Positions 42,001 through 57,230 are shown, counted from the whole stretch's first letter. The stretch is DNA of 63,631 nucleotides, filler included, from Intoshia linei (GCA_001642005.1; 4 parts of 4 records of this genome joined end to end with filler, not necessarily neighbours in it), one strand, 5' to 3'. The notes: generated by a model from the letters alone, not told the origin. Made by a program: numbers and translations.

Positions 42001-45000
42001 CCTAGAATTTAAACAAATTTACAGGTGTTACAGTTGTATCCTGTTAACACACAAAAAATTTCACACATTCTATTTAATAAATCAAAAAAATGGTATAACA
42101 TATGTTTTTAAAATTCTTTACGCAAATTTTAAAAAAAACAATTAAGACGGAATAATTCACTTTAAAGTAAAAAGTAATGTGATATGATGGCTCCATCTAA
42201 AACAAGTTTGGGAACCAAGTATTAATTATAGTGAATAGTAAGATTTTTAAGTTAGATTTTAAACATGACTTTATTTTTTTGGTATAATAAAAATATGCCC
42301 TCCACAGAGCTAGGTGCTGTTTGTACGTAGTACATAACAGCCACCTAGTTGTAATATAATATTTTTGAATATCATACATCTTTAATCAACTCTTTCAAAT
42401 GATTTGGTAAACTTTCGGATTGAACAGAACTGTCTGAGCCAATATCCCTATAATTTATAAATAGCACTTTTAAATATCATAAACAATTACGTTGTTTCAT
42501 AGTCATTGGTATAATTTATTAAATTTATATCTTCTGGGCAAGTTATATTAGAATTTTCATTTTTTATTTTGTTGAAAATGTCCATTTTTAATTTGAGTAT
42601 TAAATCATTAAGTGTATTAATGTACTAATGTATGAAATTATACATTACAATTTATATTATTTTAAAAGCATAAGTTACTTTGGCTGGATTAGGATCACAA
42701 TAATCTAAAATAGCGTCGCCAAAATCTTTACCAATGCGCATATAATCGAATTGACTGAAATGAGTATTCTTTTTATCTCCTATAGTTGACCCACAAAATG
42801 AAGCCTATGATATATGCATATATTCATCATTACATTTGTGATCGTCTTTTCATTACCTCTAATGTATAACTATTCAAAATGCCCATGCGCCAAAAAGTAA
42901 TTCTGCCTGTTCCCTCTTTACTTTTTTGTAATTTATATCTACAACTATCATAATTCCCCTAAAATGCGATATTTACTTATAGAATATAATTCAATTTGTA
43001 CCATGTTCGGTGAAGATGAAACTAAAATCATTGGAAAAATTCTTTGACTTAGTCTCCTTTTTGGATCTTCACCTGTTGAGCAGCCGTACAAAAAATAATT
43101 TTGCTTTCTACTGTGCCCGTGTATATCACAATATAACATTACTGTTCTTTCCCGTATCAATCTATTTTATAAATAATTTATACTTGTAAAGATTCTAATA
43201 ATAATCAAATTAATAAATAAATTTTTCAAATGATGACTGATATTTATAAGATTGTTTATGGTTTAGCATAGGGGTTTATACCGGTAAAGTACAAAATTAG
43301 TTTTGGGGATGGAATCAGATAATTTTAAAAATATGTATAATCAATGAACAATGTAAAGTTAAGTGTAGTTCTACATGATAATAATGAACAAATTATACTT
43401 TTTAGTCATTATTCTGGAATGCCAAATGGGTGCATAAATGTCCTTTAAAATTGTTCGATATTGCCGATTTAAATCTCGCCCGGACAGAGAACATCTATAG
43501 TTTCCAACAATAACGCCATCTAAAACATTAAATGAAATATTATATTCATTAATAAGTTGTTTAGTGATTAAATTACCTGGATTTAACATAGGAATAATTT
43601 TAAATACAAACAAGCCTCGTAGTATCTACGAAAAAAAATCATAATATCAATAATAGTTATAATTCAAATAATTGAACATATTTTAATTTGTAAATATAAG
43701 TACTTTGAGACAAATATTAAAATTCATACCTTGGCTTCTTCAGTATTGCTTAATATGAAATCCAAAAATCCTTCTATTATCCAACTAGAATTTGTTTCAC
43801 CGGGATGGACTCTTGCGCTAAGAACTATCGCTTTACGCTATTTTATAAAAATATAATTATTTGTAAAGATAAAAACTTTAAATTTGTGAATTTAAATTAG
43901 TTAAGAGTCTTCACTGAAGTCTAGTCAATTTCACTGTAAAGCAGCTGTTCTCAAATGGGGGTACTGGTACCCTCTAGGGGTACTAGTTCGTCTCATTCTA
44001 TGAATCACACTTTATAATTCATAAATTATAAAAATTTTTAAAATTTTATAATACTTTAATCTCTAACTACATAAATCTTTTTAATCTTTTTTATATTTAA
44101 CGATTTATGGAATAAATAAACATTTTTAAAATTTTATTAAAATTTTGCAATATCTCTCAAATGTTTCAATTTTTATATATGGACAATGAATGCATTTCTA
44201 CAAATTTTCTGAAATCCTACCTCCTCTTACGCATAAATAATCAATTTTTAATTTTTTAACATTATTCACTATTCTCTCTTCTATCCTCTCTACGTTTTTC
44301 TATTTTTTTCAAAAAAGTTTACCTCCGCCGTGCAAATTAGAATTAATTATTAGTATATGTAATAGATATTATCTGAAACTACATCGCCAGTAATTTACAA
44401 AATTAATACATACACTGTATGCATTATAGTCTTAAACTATTGTTAATTCATAATTGTTTTGTTGAATATTGAATATTGTTTGAAATTTTAATTATTACCT
44501 TACTTGAGTCAATCGAATAGCTATCACGATCACTAGAAGTTATTGTTAAAACGTGTACAAGATTTCCTGCCAATGTTTGACATAGTACCCGTTGTTGACA
44601 TATTTTATAAATTTCTTTATTGTTAAAAACTTTTTTCAGATATTTCTAAAATTTTAATAATACAAATATGAAAAATATCAAATAATGTAATCTAACCTGT
44701 AATCTAGTATAGGTGTAAGGATAACAATGAGCAAAATATACGACATCATCCTTGTAATCAACGGAAAAAGTGAATGTAAGTGAGTAATAGTTTACATTTT
44801 CGTTTGATCTGGTATATCTAAATATATCTAAATATGTGTACATTGTACAATGTACGTCGTACATTACTTACTCAATCCTTAGAAAATGTTAATTTAATTT
44901 TTATTTCAAAAGTTGATTCAAGGTAGTGTGTTAAATTTACCAAAAATTTAAAAACCGGGTTTTTCAAACTTACGGTAAACCGGTTTTATCGTAATGTATA

Positions 45001-48000
45001 ATGTCCATAGTAACCGAATTTACAATTTTTAAATTATCTATGATTTTATCTAATATACAATGTCGACTTAACTTTCAGACAAGTGATGTACAATGTTCAA
45101 TCACAACTAATGCAAAAAATAGAATTTAATTAAACCTCTACATTTAAATGGTAAATCGATAAACTCTCCACTATTGCAAGGCTAATTATGTATTACACAC
45201 TGAACTTTAACTTACAAGTTTAAAAATATACTTTATATTGTTCTTGTAATATTTAATATTGTTTCCTCTTCGAGTCCATGCAATGTTTTTATATTTTGCA
45301 TTCATTTCGGAATAAAACAGTGGTTTCATACCAAAATTGTATAAACTGTTTACCTGTAAAATGTTAATTGAAATTACAAATTTTTATTAAATTTTAAAAT
45401 GTATCCTTAATATTTTACCTTTGTAAAATTTTGAATCGTAATTCGATAAGTGCATCCAATTTTGCATTTTTTTATTTTGAAAAAATACCATTGAGTATGA
45501 CGATTTGTGAACAAATCTTTTTGTAACCAAAGCTCATATTCATTTTCTTTACTACACTTATATTAAAAAGTAAAAAATGTTAGTAAATTTTCACGTTTCA
45601 TCTCAAGATAACCATTAACAATTATATCAACTGATTTTCATTGCATGCACAAAGTTTAATATATTTTTATGAATAATCTAAAACAGGGGTTACCAAAGTG
45701 GCGATTTGGGCGATTTTTTTTCTAGGGGGCGTTGAAAAAATATATTGCTAAAAAGAAGGGCGGTAGACGAAATGAGTTTGAGTACCCCTGGTCTAAAATA
45801 CCCTTCTAGAATGAAACCTGCAGCCTCAGGGTACTTCAGACACAAAATACAATGGTGGATACGATTGGAAGTTGAACTGATGTTCATAAATGGAATTAAA
45901 TTTTAAAAATTATGTGCCATTTTTATCAAAAGAACTAAAAATAAAAATTAATTTCTTAAGAAAAAATATTTCGAGTTCATTATTAGTATTGCGTTCTGTA
46001 TATTACTGTATATTATAATATACTGGTATTATATTATAATTAACGTAATTTCGTTAATTAAATTATGTATAACAATGAATTAAAATTTCCTATATATTTC
46101 TTATCATATATATTGGCGCCATTTTAATTTTTTTTGATACTGGTAATATTTTATAAATTACCAAAACTACTATCAAAATTAATTAAATTTCTTATCAAAT
46201 TTATTGGCGCAATTTCAACTTTTTTTGATATTGGTAATATTTTATAAATTTCCTAAACTCCTATCAAAATTAATTAGAATTTATTATATTATTTATTGAA
46301 TAAATCACTGCGGGATATATAATAATAAGGTACAAAATTGTAACCTGTGTATTTAGTAATATGAATAATACATTATTGTCTAGAAAATTTTATATTATTT
46401 AATTATCGTCATATACATTTGTATATTGCACTTCTATAAAAAAGATAGAAACCAACCTAGTTTAGTCAAGCCTCTCAATACCACCATTTAGGTATTTCAA
46501 TATTTATGGCGGTATTGAGAGTTTGGAGGTATTTGTAACTTTATGGTCATTGTGTATGAATAGGCAGTCACATAGTACAATAATGATAATACAGTGGCGG
46601 TATTGAGAGATCTCAATATATGGTTGATACAAAAATTAATTACATATGATAAGCTTTGGATAAATTTCCACTTTCAAAGCGCGATTCGAATTCTAAAATA
46701 TGCTGACTTTGCATAATTTTTAGATTTAATTTTTTATTTGTTTGAAAATATTCAATCATTGCTTTTCCTCCGACAAATGATTTTGTAAACTAATAATTTT
46801 TATTATATAACGTAGTATTACTAACGCAGATACTATAACAAGGATTTCCAAACTTAACGATTTGACCCTGGGCGTTGCAGTTGAGTAAAATAGTTCTTTA
46901 CGCCACCTAAACTTTTTGTTTATACCGATAGTCCTTAATCCAGAGTCATATTGCATGTATCGCTTATGATTTACCTAAAAACTCAAAACTGAAAAACAAG
47001 TGAAGATGTATTGACTTATTACAGATACAAAAAAGCCAATTTAATTGAGTCGTAAATATTTTAAAAGGTTCCTGTGAAATAATTTTTGAATTAAATTTAA
47101 AGTTCAAACGTTTGGAATTTAATATATAGAAAGATTTTATATTTGTATATTTACGTATTTTCCAACATTTGGTATATAATCGTATACTAAATTAGATTTT
47201 GTATCCAAACTTTTTGACAAGGGTATTTTTACATCTTTATCGACTAAATTTTAATATGTCAACTAAAATTTCATGTAATTTACATTGTTAATAAAATAAT
47301 ATGTTCAATGAACATTGTTCATGTTTATAAGTTGTAATTTATAACTTAAACAGTTAAATCGTTTATATTACCCCTGTATTAAAAAAATACCATCATTATA
47401 AAAATGTTCAACGTTATCGTGAATGTCTTCTAATAAAGACAATTCTTCTACCACTTCACTACCATGCGGCCTAAATTATCTTTATTTAAAATGAAATATT
47501 TATACATATAATGTTGATGATAAATACGGTGAATGCAATGTACGATTTACAATGTACGTATATTAAAATTATTATCAATTACCATCTGGGTGTATAAATT
47601 GATTCATTGCATCCATATAATAATCTTGGCTTTCGTAACTGAATTGTCTAAAAAATTTTTATAATATTCATATATATATGTATTTATGATGTGAGGGTTT
47701 TTACACTTACACTAAAAATTAAGAATTGCTGAATAGCAAATTCATAGGTTAGATTTTACACGATTACACCATATGATATACATCATATTTAAATACGTAT
47801 AAAACCGTTATTCTAATGTAATTACATATTCTGAATAGTTTACTTTTTTACTTGTGTGGATAAATTAATATCTCACCGTATTTTATTAATAAAAAAATTA
47901 TCTAAAAAGGATTCAAAAACAAGTACCATGTCTATGAAATATAAATTATTACACTATTTTTGACGTCATTGTTCATTATAATTTGAGTCGTTTTTAGTAA

Positions 48001-49027
48001 ATTTTCTTGTAATTCCCTATCTAAATGTTAATAATTTAATGTAAATTGTAAATTGAACAAATTATGTCAATTTATGGATTTTATACAATAATTTATAATA
48101 AATGCATGTAAATATATAAATATTCATAATACAGTTAGATTTTTAGAGAAATGTAAGAAAATCAATAGAACCGATTTGGGAGTATTATTTTTGATGTAAT
48201 GCTTGTAATTATTTTCGGACAATATATTATTATAGTATAGTATACTAAACACCATTAATATACTGTTTAGTAAATCAATACTATTAAATGAATAACGTAA
48301 CTGTTTCGCTAACATGTAATAACTATAAAATGTCAACAGGTTTAGCTGACGGCATAAACCATTATGTTTTTAATACAATTTATATTCATGCATATAAAAA
48401 AGTCGTCTAAAATATTCTTCATAGAGAATGTGTAAATTCAATTTTTAAGGGGACCCTTAATAAATAAATCAAGATATTTTTAACTATATTCGTTTTTTAG
48501 TTTTTATGATTAACTACAGCGTAAAGTAGTATGTAATAATCAAAATATGTTATCTACATATATAATTTGTATATAGATGATAACCATTTTTGGATTTCAC
48601 GTGAGAAGCAACAAGTAGAATAGAAATCTTCACATTTCAGCCTTCTCACAATTTAAAAGTAGGTCAATTTTAATCGGGCGTATACATGGATATAAAAATA
48701 GTTTTAGTACAACCCTTACATGTTATATGTAAGCTCGTGGGCGATACGGTCATACTTTTTATTCAATAATATTTTATTACATGTTGATCAATGAAAAGTT
48801 TTAATACATTGTCGTGCATAACTGTTTAATATACTAAAAACCATACTTTGAAAAATATAAAACATATACGTTGTATAAAATATACATGTTGAAATAATTT
48901 TATGATGAATATCAAAAAGATTTAAAAAATTACTCGACAAATTAAAGAAACTAGTTTTTTCTAGAATACACTTCCATTGATTATTCCTGGTTACCCAATC
49001 ACTACTTGTAATAACTTCAGAATTCAT
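39020..49027 (-). CDS. AGBL2: Cytosolic carboxypeptidase (tubulin deglutamylase) CCP2/CCP3-like, multi-exon
   Basis: The core at 42380-46975 gives [100 protein letters not shown] and YTLEASFCGS. The outer exons and both ends are approximate. Confidence 0.85.
41685..42348 (+). mobile_element. Non-autonomous Helitron-like element (intronic)
   Basis: Highly similar to 37627-38350; hairpin GCTGTTTGTAC...GTACATAACAGC followed by CTAG|T. Confidence 0.65.
45684..45790. mobile_element. Very short hAT-type MITE
   Basis: CAGGGGT...ACCCCTG termini; TSD ATCTAAAA/GTCTAAAA (7/8). Confidence 0.65.
46105..46295 (+). repeat. Two tandem ~93-bp units of a minisatellite-like family
   Basis: ATTGGCGC.ATTT.AA.TTTTTTTGATA.TGGTAATATTTTATAAATT..C.AAACT.CTATCAAAATTAATT repeats at ~46112 and ~46203. 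The same family occurs at 49855-50525. Confidence 0.7.
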
Positions 49028-49854
49028 CTATATGAATATTATCCTTTCAAATATTGTAATTAGTTTATTATGTATGAAGCAATAAAAATATATGAAATAT
49101 AAAAATATAAATCATTCTTTGTTTAAACTTAATTAATTTATTGAATTTTCTGTTTTACTCAATTATTTTTCTACAAATTATTGTCTGAATAAATAAATTT
49201 TAAATTGACACAAATAAGTCAAAATTTAAAAAGTTTTATTCAATCATGCAAAGTTGTTATGTTTTATTTAATACATTTGTTATTAACGTTAATTAACAAT
49301 ATAAGATATGTATAGTATGCATTTCCATTATATGAATTATAATATTAATTTACATTATAACAATTGAAATTATTTAAATTTCTAACTCATTGGTTATTCA
49401 TTTATTCCTTCTGTTTATGTATTAATTGTTTTAATCGTATTGTTTCGTATTTAATTTATTTAAAAGAAAATGAATCTATACTATAGATTCTTTATTCATA
49501 TTTTGACTTTCTATTTTGTCAAAAGTTTAAATTTTAATGTTTCTGTGATATATTAGATGTGTTCGATTCCAACAGATTTGTATATGATAATTTTATAAGT
49601 GTTGTATATATATTAAAAATATATTTAAAAGGGCATATTTGTTCCAATAAATATGAAATACCGATTCTCAAACTCAGTAGAATCATCTAAATATGGTATG
49701 TAAAGTTTTAATTTAAGTTTCGTTTAAGTTAAAGATATCGGTTAAAATATTTTTACTCTTAATTTCAAGAGAAAAAAATTTGAAAAACTCTTGTATTACC
49801 GAAAAAGGTCTACCGCTACACCTATGATTATGGGGTAGTACAAGGAATTCTTAT

Positions 49855-50525
49855 TACATATATTGGCGCCATATTAACTTTTTTTTTAATACATGTAATG
49901 TTTTATAATTACCGTAATAATATCAAAATTAATTAGAATTTATTATCAAATTTATTGGGGACATTTTAACCTTTTTGTTGATACAGGTAATGTTTTATAA
50001 ATTGCCGTAACTACTATAATTATTTATAATAATTTCGTATTAAATTTATTGGCGACTTTTAAGTTTTTTTGACACAGGTAATGTTTATAGTTTCCATATC
50101 TACAACAAATACTAATTAAAAATTTTTATTAAATTTATTGGCGTTATATTAACTTTTTATTTATCAATTTATCAATTTTCGACGTTCGTTTAATGAAATA
50201 TTCGTTAAACAAAACATTCGTTAAATTAAAGTGGCCAGAAAAAATACGTACTATCAATTTTAGTTGATTTGGTGATAAATGTAAAGCCAAAACTACTTAT
50301 CTATGATGACGAATAAAAATTTTTGGCTTAAAATTTATTCCAAACAAACTAAAAGTGATAGTACGTATTTTTCTGGCCACTTTATTTAAATGAAATTTTG
50401 ACTGTATAATGTTTATAATTTCCACAACTACAACAAATACTAATTAAAAATTCTTATTACATTTATTGGCGCCGTATTAAATTTTTATTGATAAAAGTAA
50501 TGTTTTATAAAATGTCGTAACTACT
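49855..50525 (+). repeat. Tandem ~90-95-bp repeat array interrupted by a palindromic Tigger-type insert
   Basis: The TATTGGCG...GGTAATGTTTTATAA unit occurs at ~49860, 49952, 50046, 50136 and 50463. An inverted repeat AAAGTGGCCAGAAAAAATACGTACTATCA/TGATAGTACGTATTTTTCTGGCCACTTT spans 50228-50383. Confidence 0.7.
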
Positions 50526-50526
50526 A

Positions 50527-51560
50527 CTGTCAAAATCTCATTTAACGAATATTTCATTTAACGAACGCGTAAATTCAATATTATTTTATTTTTTTAGTAG
50601 TTTTTAGGAGTGTTTATAAATATTGTTTTGGTTTTATGCTTTAAATATCAGGCGAAAAAATAGCTTTTTTAGTAATTGATAAATTTAAATCGCCTCATGG
50701 TTTCAAGAACAATGACATGGAAGCTTTAGGGTTGAAATATACTTACAGTCGAAAATCTTGGATGACGTCTTATATTCCGAAATTAGTTACACAAGATTAA
50801 TGAAAAAATGATTAAAGGAAATTGAAAAATACTGCTTGTGCTAGATAATGCATCCGTGCATTACGTAGATAACAATTATAGTAACATAGAGCTTCATTAT
50901 TTTCCACCAAATTGTACATCAAAAATCCAACCTATAGAACAAGGATTTATTCATTCTTTTAAATCTAATTATAGAAAAAAAATTTTAAGAAATCTGAGTA
51001 TGATGAATGGAAGTGATGAAATATTTTTGATGGATCAAATAAAGAAATTCAAATTGTTAAATGCTCTTTCATTTATAATTGAATCATGGAAGACTATCAG
51101 TTGATTCAATAATCAATTGTTTTAGTTGTGCATATACAAACTGGGAATGTAAAAATATTTGTATGAAATTGTGAAAATGCGAATATATCGATGAAAAATG
51201 TAATTGTAGATAAAAATTTGACTGAAGTCAATGATGATACAGCATTCTATGATATTCTACCTATATGTGATGAAAATTATTGTCAAGATAACATATTTTT
51301 GGAAAATATTTTCATCAACAACGATTCTGATAACATAGAAGAATTGGAAAATGAAACAAATAAAACTGAATTAATTGGTTTTTCGGATACTCTTTACCAT
51401 CTTGAAAAATTAGAACTCTTTTTCCTTCAATCAAATGGTAAAGATGTTGAACAAGTCAGTGCCTTAAGGCAAAATCTATTTGAAATAAACAAGAAGTCAG
51501 TTAAAATAACTGATTATGTCATGAAAAATATTAAAAATTAAAATGTAAATCAATGAATTA
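50527..51560 (+). mobile_element. Tigger/pogo transposase remnant (DDE_1)
   Basis: KSWMTS, LLVLDNASVH, ELHYFPPNCTSKIQPIEQGFIHSFKSNYRKK, IIESWKTI and a C-terminal KITDY. A TIR-like CTGTCAAAATCTCATTTAACGAA sits at 50527. Confidence 0.85.
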
Positions 51561-51744
51561 ACATTATTTGATTTTACCAATAGTTCATATATTATTTAGC
51601 AGAAGAATTATATGCGTCATTATAATTATAATGTTAATAATATTCCAGTGATTCTAAGACTTTTTGAGTAACATTCCATGAAAATAAGGTTTTTAATTCT
51701 CTCAAAAGTTATATCATTTTATTTTTTTGTATTTATATTTGGAT

Positions 51745-52505
51745 TGTACGTCTACACATTTCCAGTCAAGACATATGGGTGAAAATCTATATAATTCATT
51801 CCTTCGGAATTTTTTTTATTGCTACGCAATTTTTAAATTTCAAATTTTTATTTTCCAACTATTTTGAACAACATCTACGGCAACGAATTTATAAAAGTTT
51901 TGATACTAACTTAATTTAACTTAATTTGAAAATGCTAAAAATAAATCTAACATTCAAAAGAAAAAAGGCCAAAAGTATGGACACATTTTTAACATCAATC
52001 ATTTTTATATTACAATCCTTTGCAATAATGGTAAAATTAATTATTGATACACAATTGTTATTTTTAAGTATTTATTAAAGTGGTTCTGAATATATATCAT
52101 CACATTGAAAATTGACAAAATAGGTTTTTATAATTTTATTTTGTTGGAATTTATGCTATTTATGAAAATTTTTAGGATTGGACTGTTTTTACTTTATTTT
52201 TAATATTATACACACATTCTGTCTAATAAATTAAAAAAATAGGATAATTGTTTTTAAAATTCTTTACGCAAATGTTAACAAAAAAAATTAAGATGGAATA
52301 ATTCACTTTAAAGTAAAAAGTAATGTGATATGACGGTTTCATCTAAAACAAGTTTGGGAACTACTCCTTTAAAGTATTAATAATAGTGAATAGTAGGATT
52401 TTTTAAGTTAGATTATCAACGTGAATTATTTATTTTCATTAGAATATAATGTGCGTTCGCCAGAGATAGGAGCTGTTCGTACGTTGTACATAACAGTCAA
52501 CCTAG
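51745..52505 (+). mobile_element. Non-autonomous Helitron-like element, second 5' variant
   Basis: Shares the 3' ~250 bp, hairpin and CTAG end with the 37627 and 41685 copies; its 5' part matches 23260-23720. Confidence 0.6.
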
Positions 52506-53882
52506 ATAATTATAATTATTAAGAATTGAGAGTGACCGATTTAATTTAAAATTTAACAATTCATCTTAGACTAATTTTATTCTAAAGCCAAATCAAAACA
52601 AATTAATTATATTTTTATTTTTGGTGAAGTAATAAAGTTAATTATTTATTTAGTCGTTTTTGTCATTTTTAAAAAAAAAGGGATTTTTTCCTTTATGGTT
52701 GGTAAATTGGTTTTTTATTTTGTTGTACTATTAAGAACTACTACTTCAAAAATTACATTAATCTGCAAAATAATTAAATAAATAATTAATTTGGGTTTTT
52801 CTACTAAAAAAAAGCGGACACCCTATTGCACATTAGTTTGTGTCTGAGTGCACAACACTGTATTAATAAAAATATATTATGATAAATGATATAAACTAAA
52901 TTATTCAAATATTTCCTAAAGGTAAATTAAATCGTTAATAATGTTCAAAAATTGAACATTTAGCGATCATTATTGACAAATTAGGTTGCAATTATAATTT
53001 ATCATATTTAGCCACCCATAACTGTTTGATTGATATAATATCAATCTATAGAAATGTTAACTGTTAAATTTTGATTATACACTTAAGTATTACCAAAATC
53101 AAAATGTATAGTAAACAGATTTTATAAGTTAAACAATTAAGACATAATTCTCAATACTCCAATCGGTATATCCGTTTTTATTGATTAAAACTATCATCTA
53201 TCAATCAATTTACAATGACTGTCATGGCGCATATAAAAGAAAAGAAAGCGTAAATATTACAAAGATTGATATTCTCCAAAATTACCTTTAATTATACTGG
53301 ATTTGACTATATCCTTTAGTTCACTCAATGAGGAATCATTAGCTAATTATAACATTACAATTTAAAGTCACAAAATAAAATAGAACCTTTTTTGTCAACA
53401 GAAAATCCGTTCCAAAATGAGAATATATCTGATGTCGACATGAAAAATGGGATATTATACAGTTAGAATTTTACTAGTCTCTATTATCAAAAAATTATTG
53501 GATACAAAAATATTGAAATTATTTAAAATATGAAAATATGTACGTGGTAACTGTATATATAAATAATAATTAGCAGGTAAACTATAAACAAACTGCATTA
53601 GAAAACTTTTAAGCAATTTGCAAAGTATACATTAAAAATCACTCCAATTTCCAATATATCTCATGTCTACATTAGTTTATATTATTACAATATTAAATCA
53701 CCATTATACAATGTATAATACATATAATGACTAAATTCAGTCATGTAAATGTTAATTTGATCAAGAAAATATAAATCGCAAAACCAAACTAGAGTAGTAA
53801 ATTGGACCTAATTAAGAAATTGAATAATGGTTAAATTCAATTGTCCAAAATTGTATTAAAAATTTATTGAGTAAATAAAAGG

Positions 53883-55671
53883 TTAAACAAATTCGAGTCC
53901 TTCATATTTTCCTTCTCCAATTAAAATGTGATCAGCATAAACATTTCCATTAATATCAAATAGCCATAAATAGCTTTTGTTTTTTAATAAACTATCTTCA
54001 GGTTGTTCGTGGGTTTTAATTGCTACAATGAGTTTATTCTCAGTGTGAGGAACAAATCGGAACGATGAAAACCCTAAAAGTTTTTCGATTTCTCCAATTT
54101 TAATTTGTTTATATCGTGTATTGGCTTCATTTGTACAAATGAATAAATTTGTTCCAGAAACTAAGTCTTCTTCTTCAGTGTAAGAATTATTTGATGCTCG
54201 CCTAGGAAGAAAACACCACTGTTTGTTTATATCGTCCCAAACTACAGCTTCGTGAGATATATAACCTAATATAATTTAACTTATAAATATAATGTTTGTT
54301 AAATCAGGGTATTCAGGCACTGACCAGACTAGTAAAACTAGTCTAACCTCGTCAAAAATGTAGAGGACTAACATGTTATTGAATTTGACATAGAACTGTT
54401 TTACGAGACTAATGGAGGACTACGCCTATGGCCTACGGCAGAAACTGATCAAAAAATTTGGCATACGCTGTGCTCTATCAAAAATATATATTTTGGACTC
54501 ACGGTTCAACGGGAGGTCGGATATATCTACAACTTTTAGAAATAAAGTTTTTTCAATATTTTAAAATATATTAAAAAAATTAAATCATATACTGCGCCAA
54601 AATGAAATTAGAACAATGGAACTCACAAAATATAATATCATTTTAACACTTTTCCCTTTTACAGTAGATCTTGTCAGGCCATTAAACATAATTGAGTGAT
54701 GCTGCATTGGTAGTTATTTTTTTTGCAAAAAACGATACGTTTTTCCTGAATACCTTTGTCTTAATTAATTAACCAAATTTCTAACAATTTGAAAAAGAAT
54801 TTAAATATTATCAAGTTAAAACCTGGGTAAATGTATCCAGTACGCTTTCGTAAGTAATTGTACATTTTATCCCACATAACACTAATCACAACATTCTCTT
54901 TACCAATTATTTTAATCCACACTAAACGTATATTAAATTAGATTTATTTAAAGATAATACTATAGAACAGGTGCTCAAACAATAAAAACTCCGTTTATGC
55001 CATGTTAACAAAAAATTAGCACATACAATAGATCAAAACTAACTAACTGGAAATTAACAATATACTGAGATGATTAAATTCTATTAATTAGAAATTGTTG
55101 CCGAACTTCTGCTAATTATAATTCTTTTAATAAATCTTATATCGCAATACTAATGTAATAGATCTCATAATCATTACTACAAATTAAACTTACAATTATT
55201 TTGGTTTTCTACTTGTCCTTGTGCAATGTATTCTCTACCCATACCACCAATATAAAGTTTTTTGTCTTTTACAGTAGCCCACTCCCCTTTAAACCCTAAA
55301 AATAACCTTATTTTATAAATGAGTGAACCCTACAAATTATTTTTATTTTTTATTAGATGGTTCAATACCAAAATTTAGTTGATAATTGTTACCTTTAGTC
55401 ATATTGCCTGGTCCATCGGATAAAATGTACCGTGGAACAACGGTATCGTAATTTTTAATTTCATAAACTATTCCACTTCTATCATCAATTGTTAACATTC
55501 TTCCATCATAGACAATTAATTCAGACAATTCCATACCACGATGTTGATACGCCAATTTTGATATTAATTTAGTTATTCCGGTATTCACTGATATAGTTGG
55601 GTGCAATAAAGGCTTGGATCGATTTAAGGTTAAAGTGGCATTTTTTAAGTATGATATCCAATAGTCTTTCT
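53883..55671 (-). CDS. CANT1: Soluble calcium-activated nucleotidase 1 (apyrase), multi-exon; 5' exon(s) not located
   Basis: RGMELSELIVYDGRMLTIDDRSGIVYEI, ILSDGPG, GFKGEWATVKDKKLYIGGMGRE, GYISHEAVVWD...WCFLPRRAS, GFSSFRFVP and KYEGLEFV*. Confidence 0.92.
54305..54757. mobile_element. MITE in a CANT1 intron
   Basis: Terminal inverted repeats CAGGGTATTCAGG...CCTGAATACCTTT. Confidence 0.55.
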
Positions 55672-57230
55672 CTAAATGAAAATCTTAAAAATCAATTATT
55701 CAATCACAAATGAAAACCTATAAATAAGAAACTGTTAAAAATGATTGTAAAACGCTTCTCATGTTATTAATTTAAAATAACGTATATCTAATGAAAACAA
55801 AATATAATAAACTCGAATACCATTTTTTATCTTCAATTAGTTCCTTAAAAAAAATACGGGCAGTCAAGAGTATATAAAAAAAACGTTAAAAAAATAAACT
55901 ACACTTAAGTGGCATTATTATACAGTTTGGAAAAGATAATCAACATCTAGAAACTATGTAATATTATCTCCTATAAAAATAAAAAAAGTTGATCAAATTT
56001 TTTTTATCTTAATTAAATCTCACGGACCCCAATATTATAATTTGGACCCTAAATGGCAACCAATTTTTTAATCTATACATAATTTATAAAAAATTCCTCG
56101 CTAACGGAATGAGATTTTTTCAGCACCAATTATTCCGTTAACCAGGAATTAGCCTGTATTTAATATTGTTTCATTTAACTCAAAAAATAAATGACCACAA
56201 GTATTTGGAATAAATTGTGGCAACATAAATTGGTTATAAATTTAAAAAATAAAGTGTTCTGCATTCATTAAATTTATTAATTATTATTATTGACATAAAA
56301 ATTTTTTCTAAATCAAAGAAATACAGCTAGAACAAAATTTAGCTACAAATGGGGATTAACATAAAAGATGTATCAAGAAAATTCAATATAACACTGTTCA
56401 AAATAAATAAAGTTATATTTTAATTTTTCTCACACATTTAATGATGTTCTCAACCCTAATTTTTGAGCGAAGCTCAAAATTTGGCTGAAGCGCAGCGAAA
56501 CGTGCTATTTTTTGGGGTGCTCCTCTTTTACTTTGGGGTCTCTTTTTCAAAAAATAATAACAGTTTACACACAATTTTTATTGCAAATTTCAAAATGTAT
56601 ACTTTAAATTTTTCATAACAAATAGTAAATAGCACATTTAAAATGATTTTGATTGAAATAATTAAATTACCCTGAGACATATCACTTAACCCTAATCCCT
56701 GAGTTGAATTTGACAACCCGAAGTTTCAAGGGGTAAATAATGCAGTTGGCAACCCTACGGAAAAGTATAGTTGCTAATTTTTGATTGTTGTAGTGTTTCT
56801 ATTTAAAAAATGTACACTGTTCGTATTAAACGTCCATCAAATAAGAAGTATGCTATGTATGCAGTAAATTTAGTAAAAAAGTAGACGTAATATTACACGC
56901 TAGCAATCTGGACTATCATTGCTAATAAAAATTTACACATGTTTGATTGAATGACCTATTGTGTAATTAAATACTTGACATAGATTGAAAATTGACTTAA
57001 TTTATAATAATATTTTAACCATTACAACAAATATATTCAAAGTTATAAAAAAGGGTGAGAGCGTTTTTTTCATGAGTGATCGAATAGTTCATTACAATAG
57101 TATGGCGTCATCAGTTAAAATATTAAATTACAGAGATTATTAATGGATATTCATATTAAGGGGTTTATAATGGTGATTTTTAACCAAACTTATATTAAAA
57201 TTAAATTTTAATCGAAAAAAAGGTTATATG

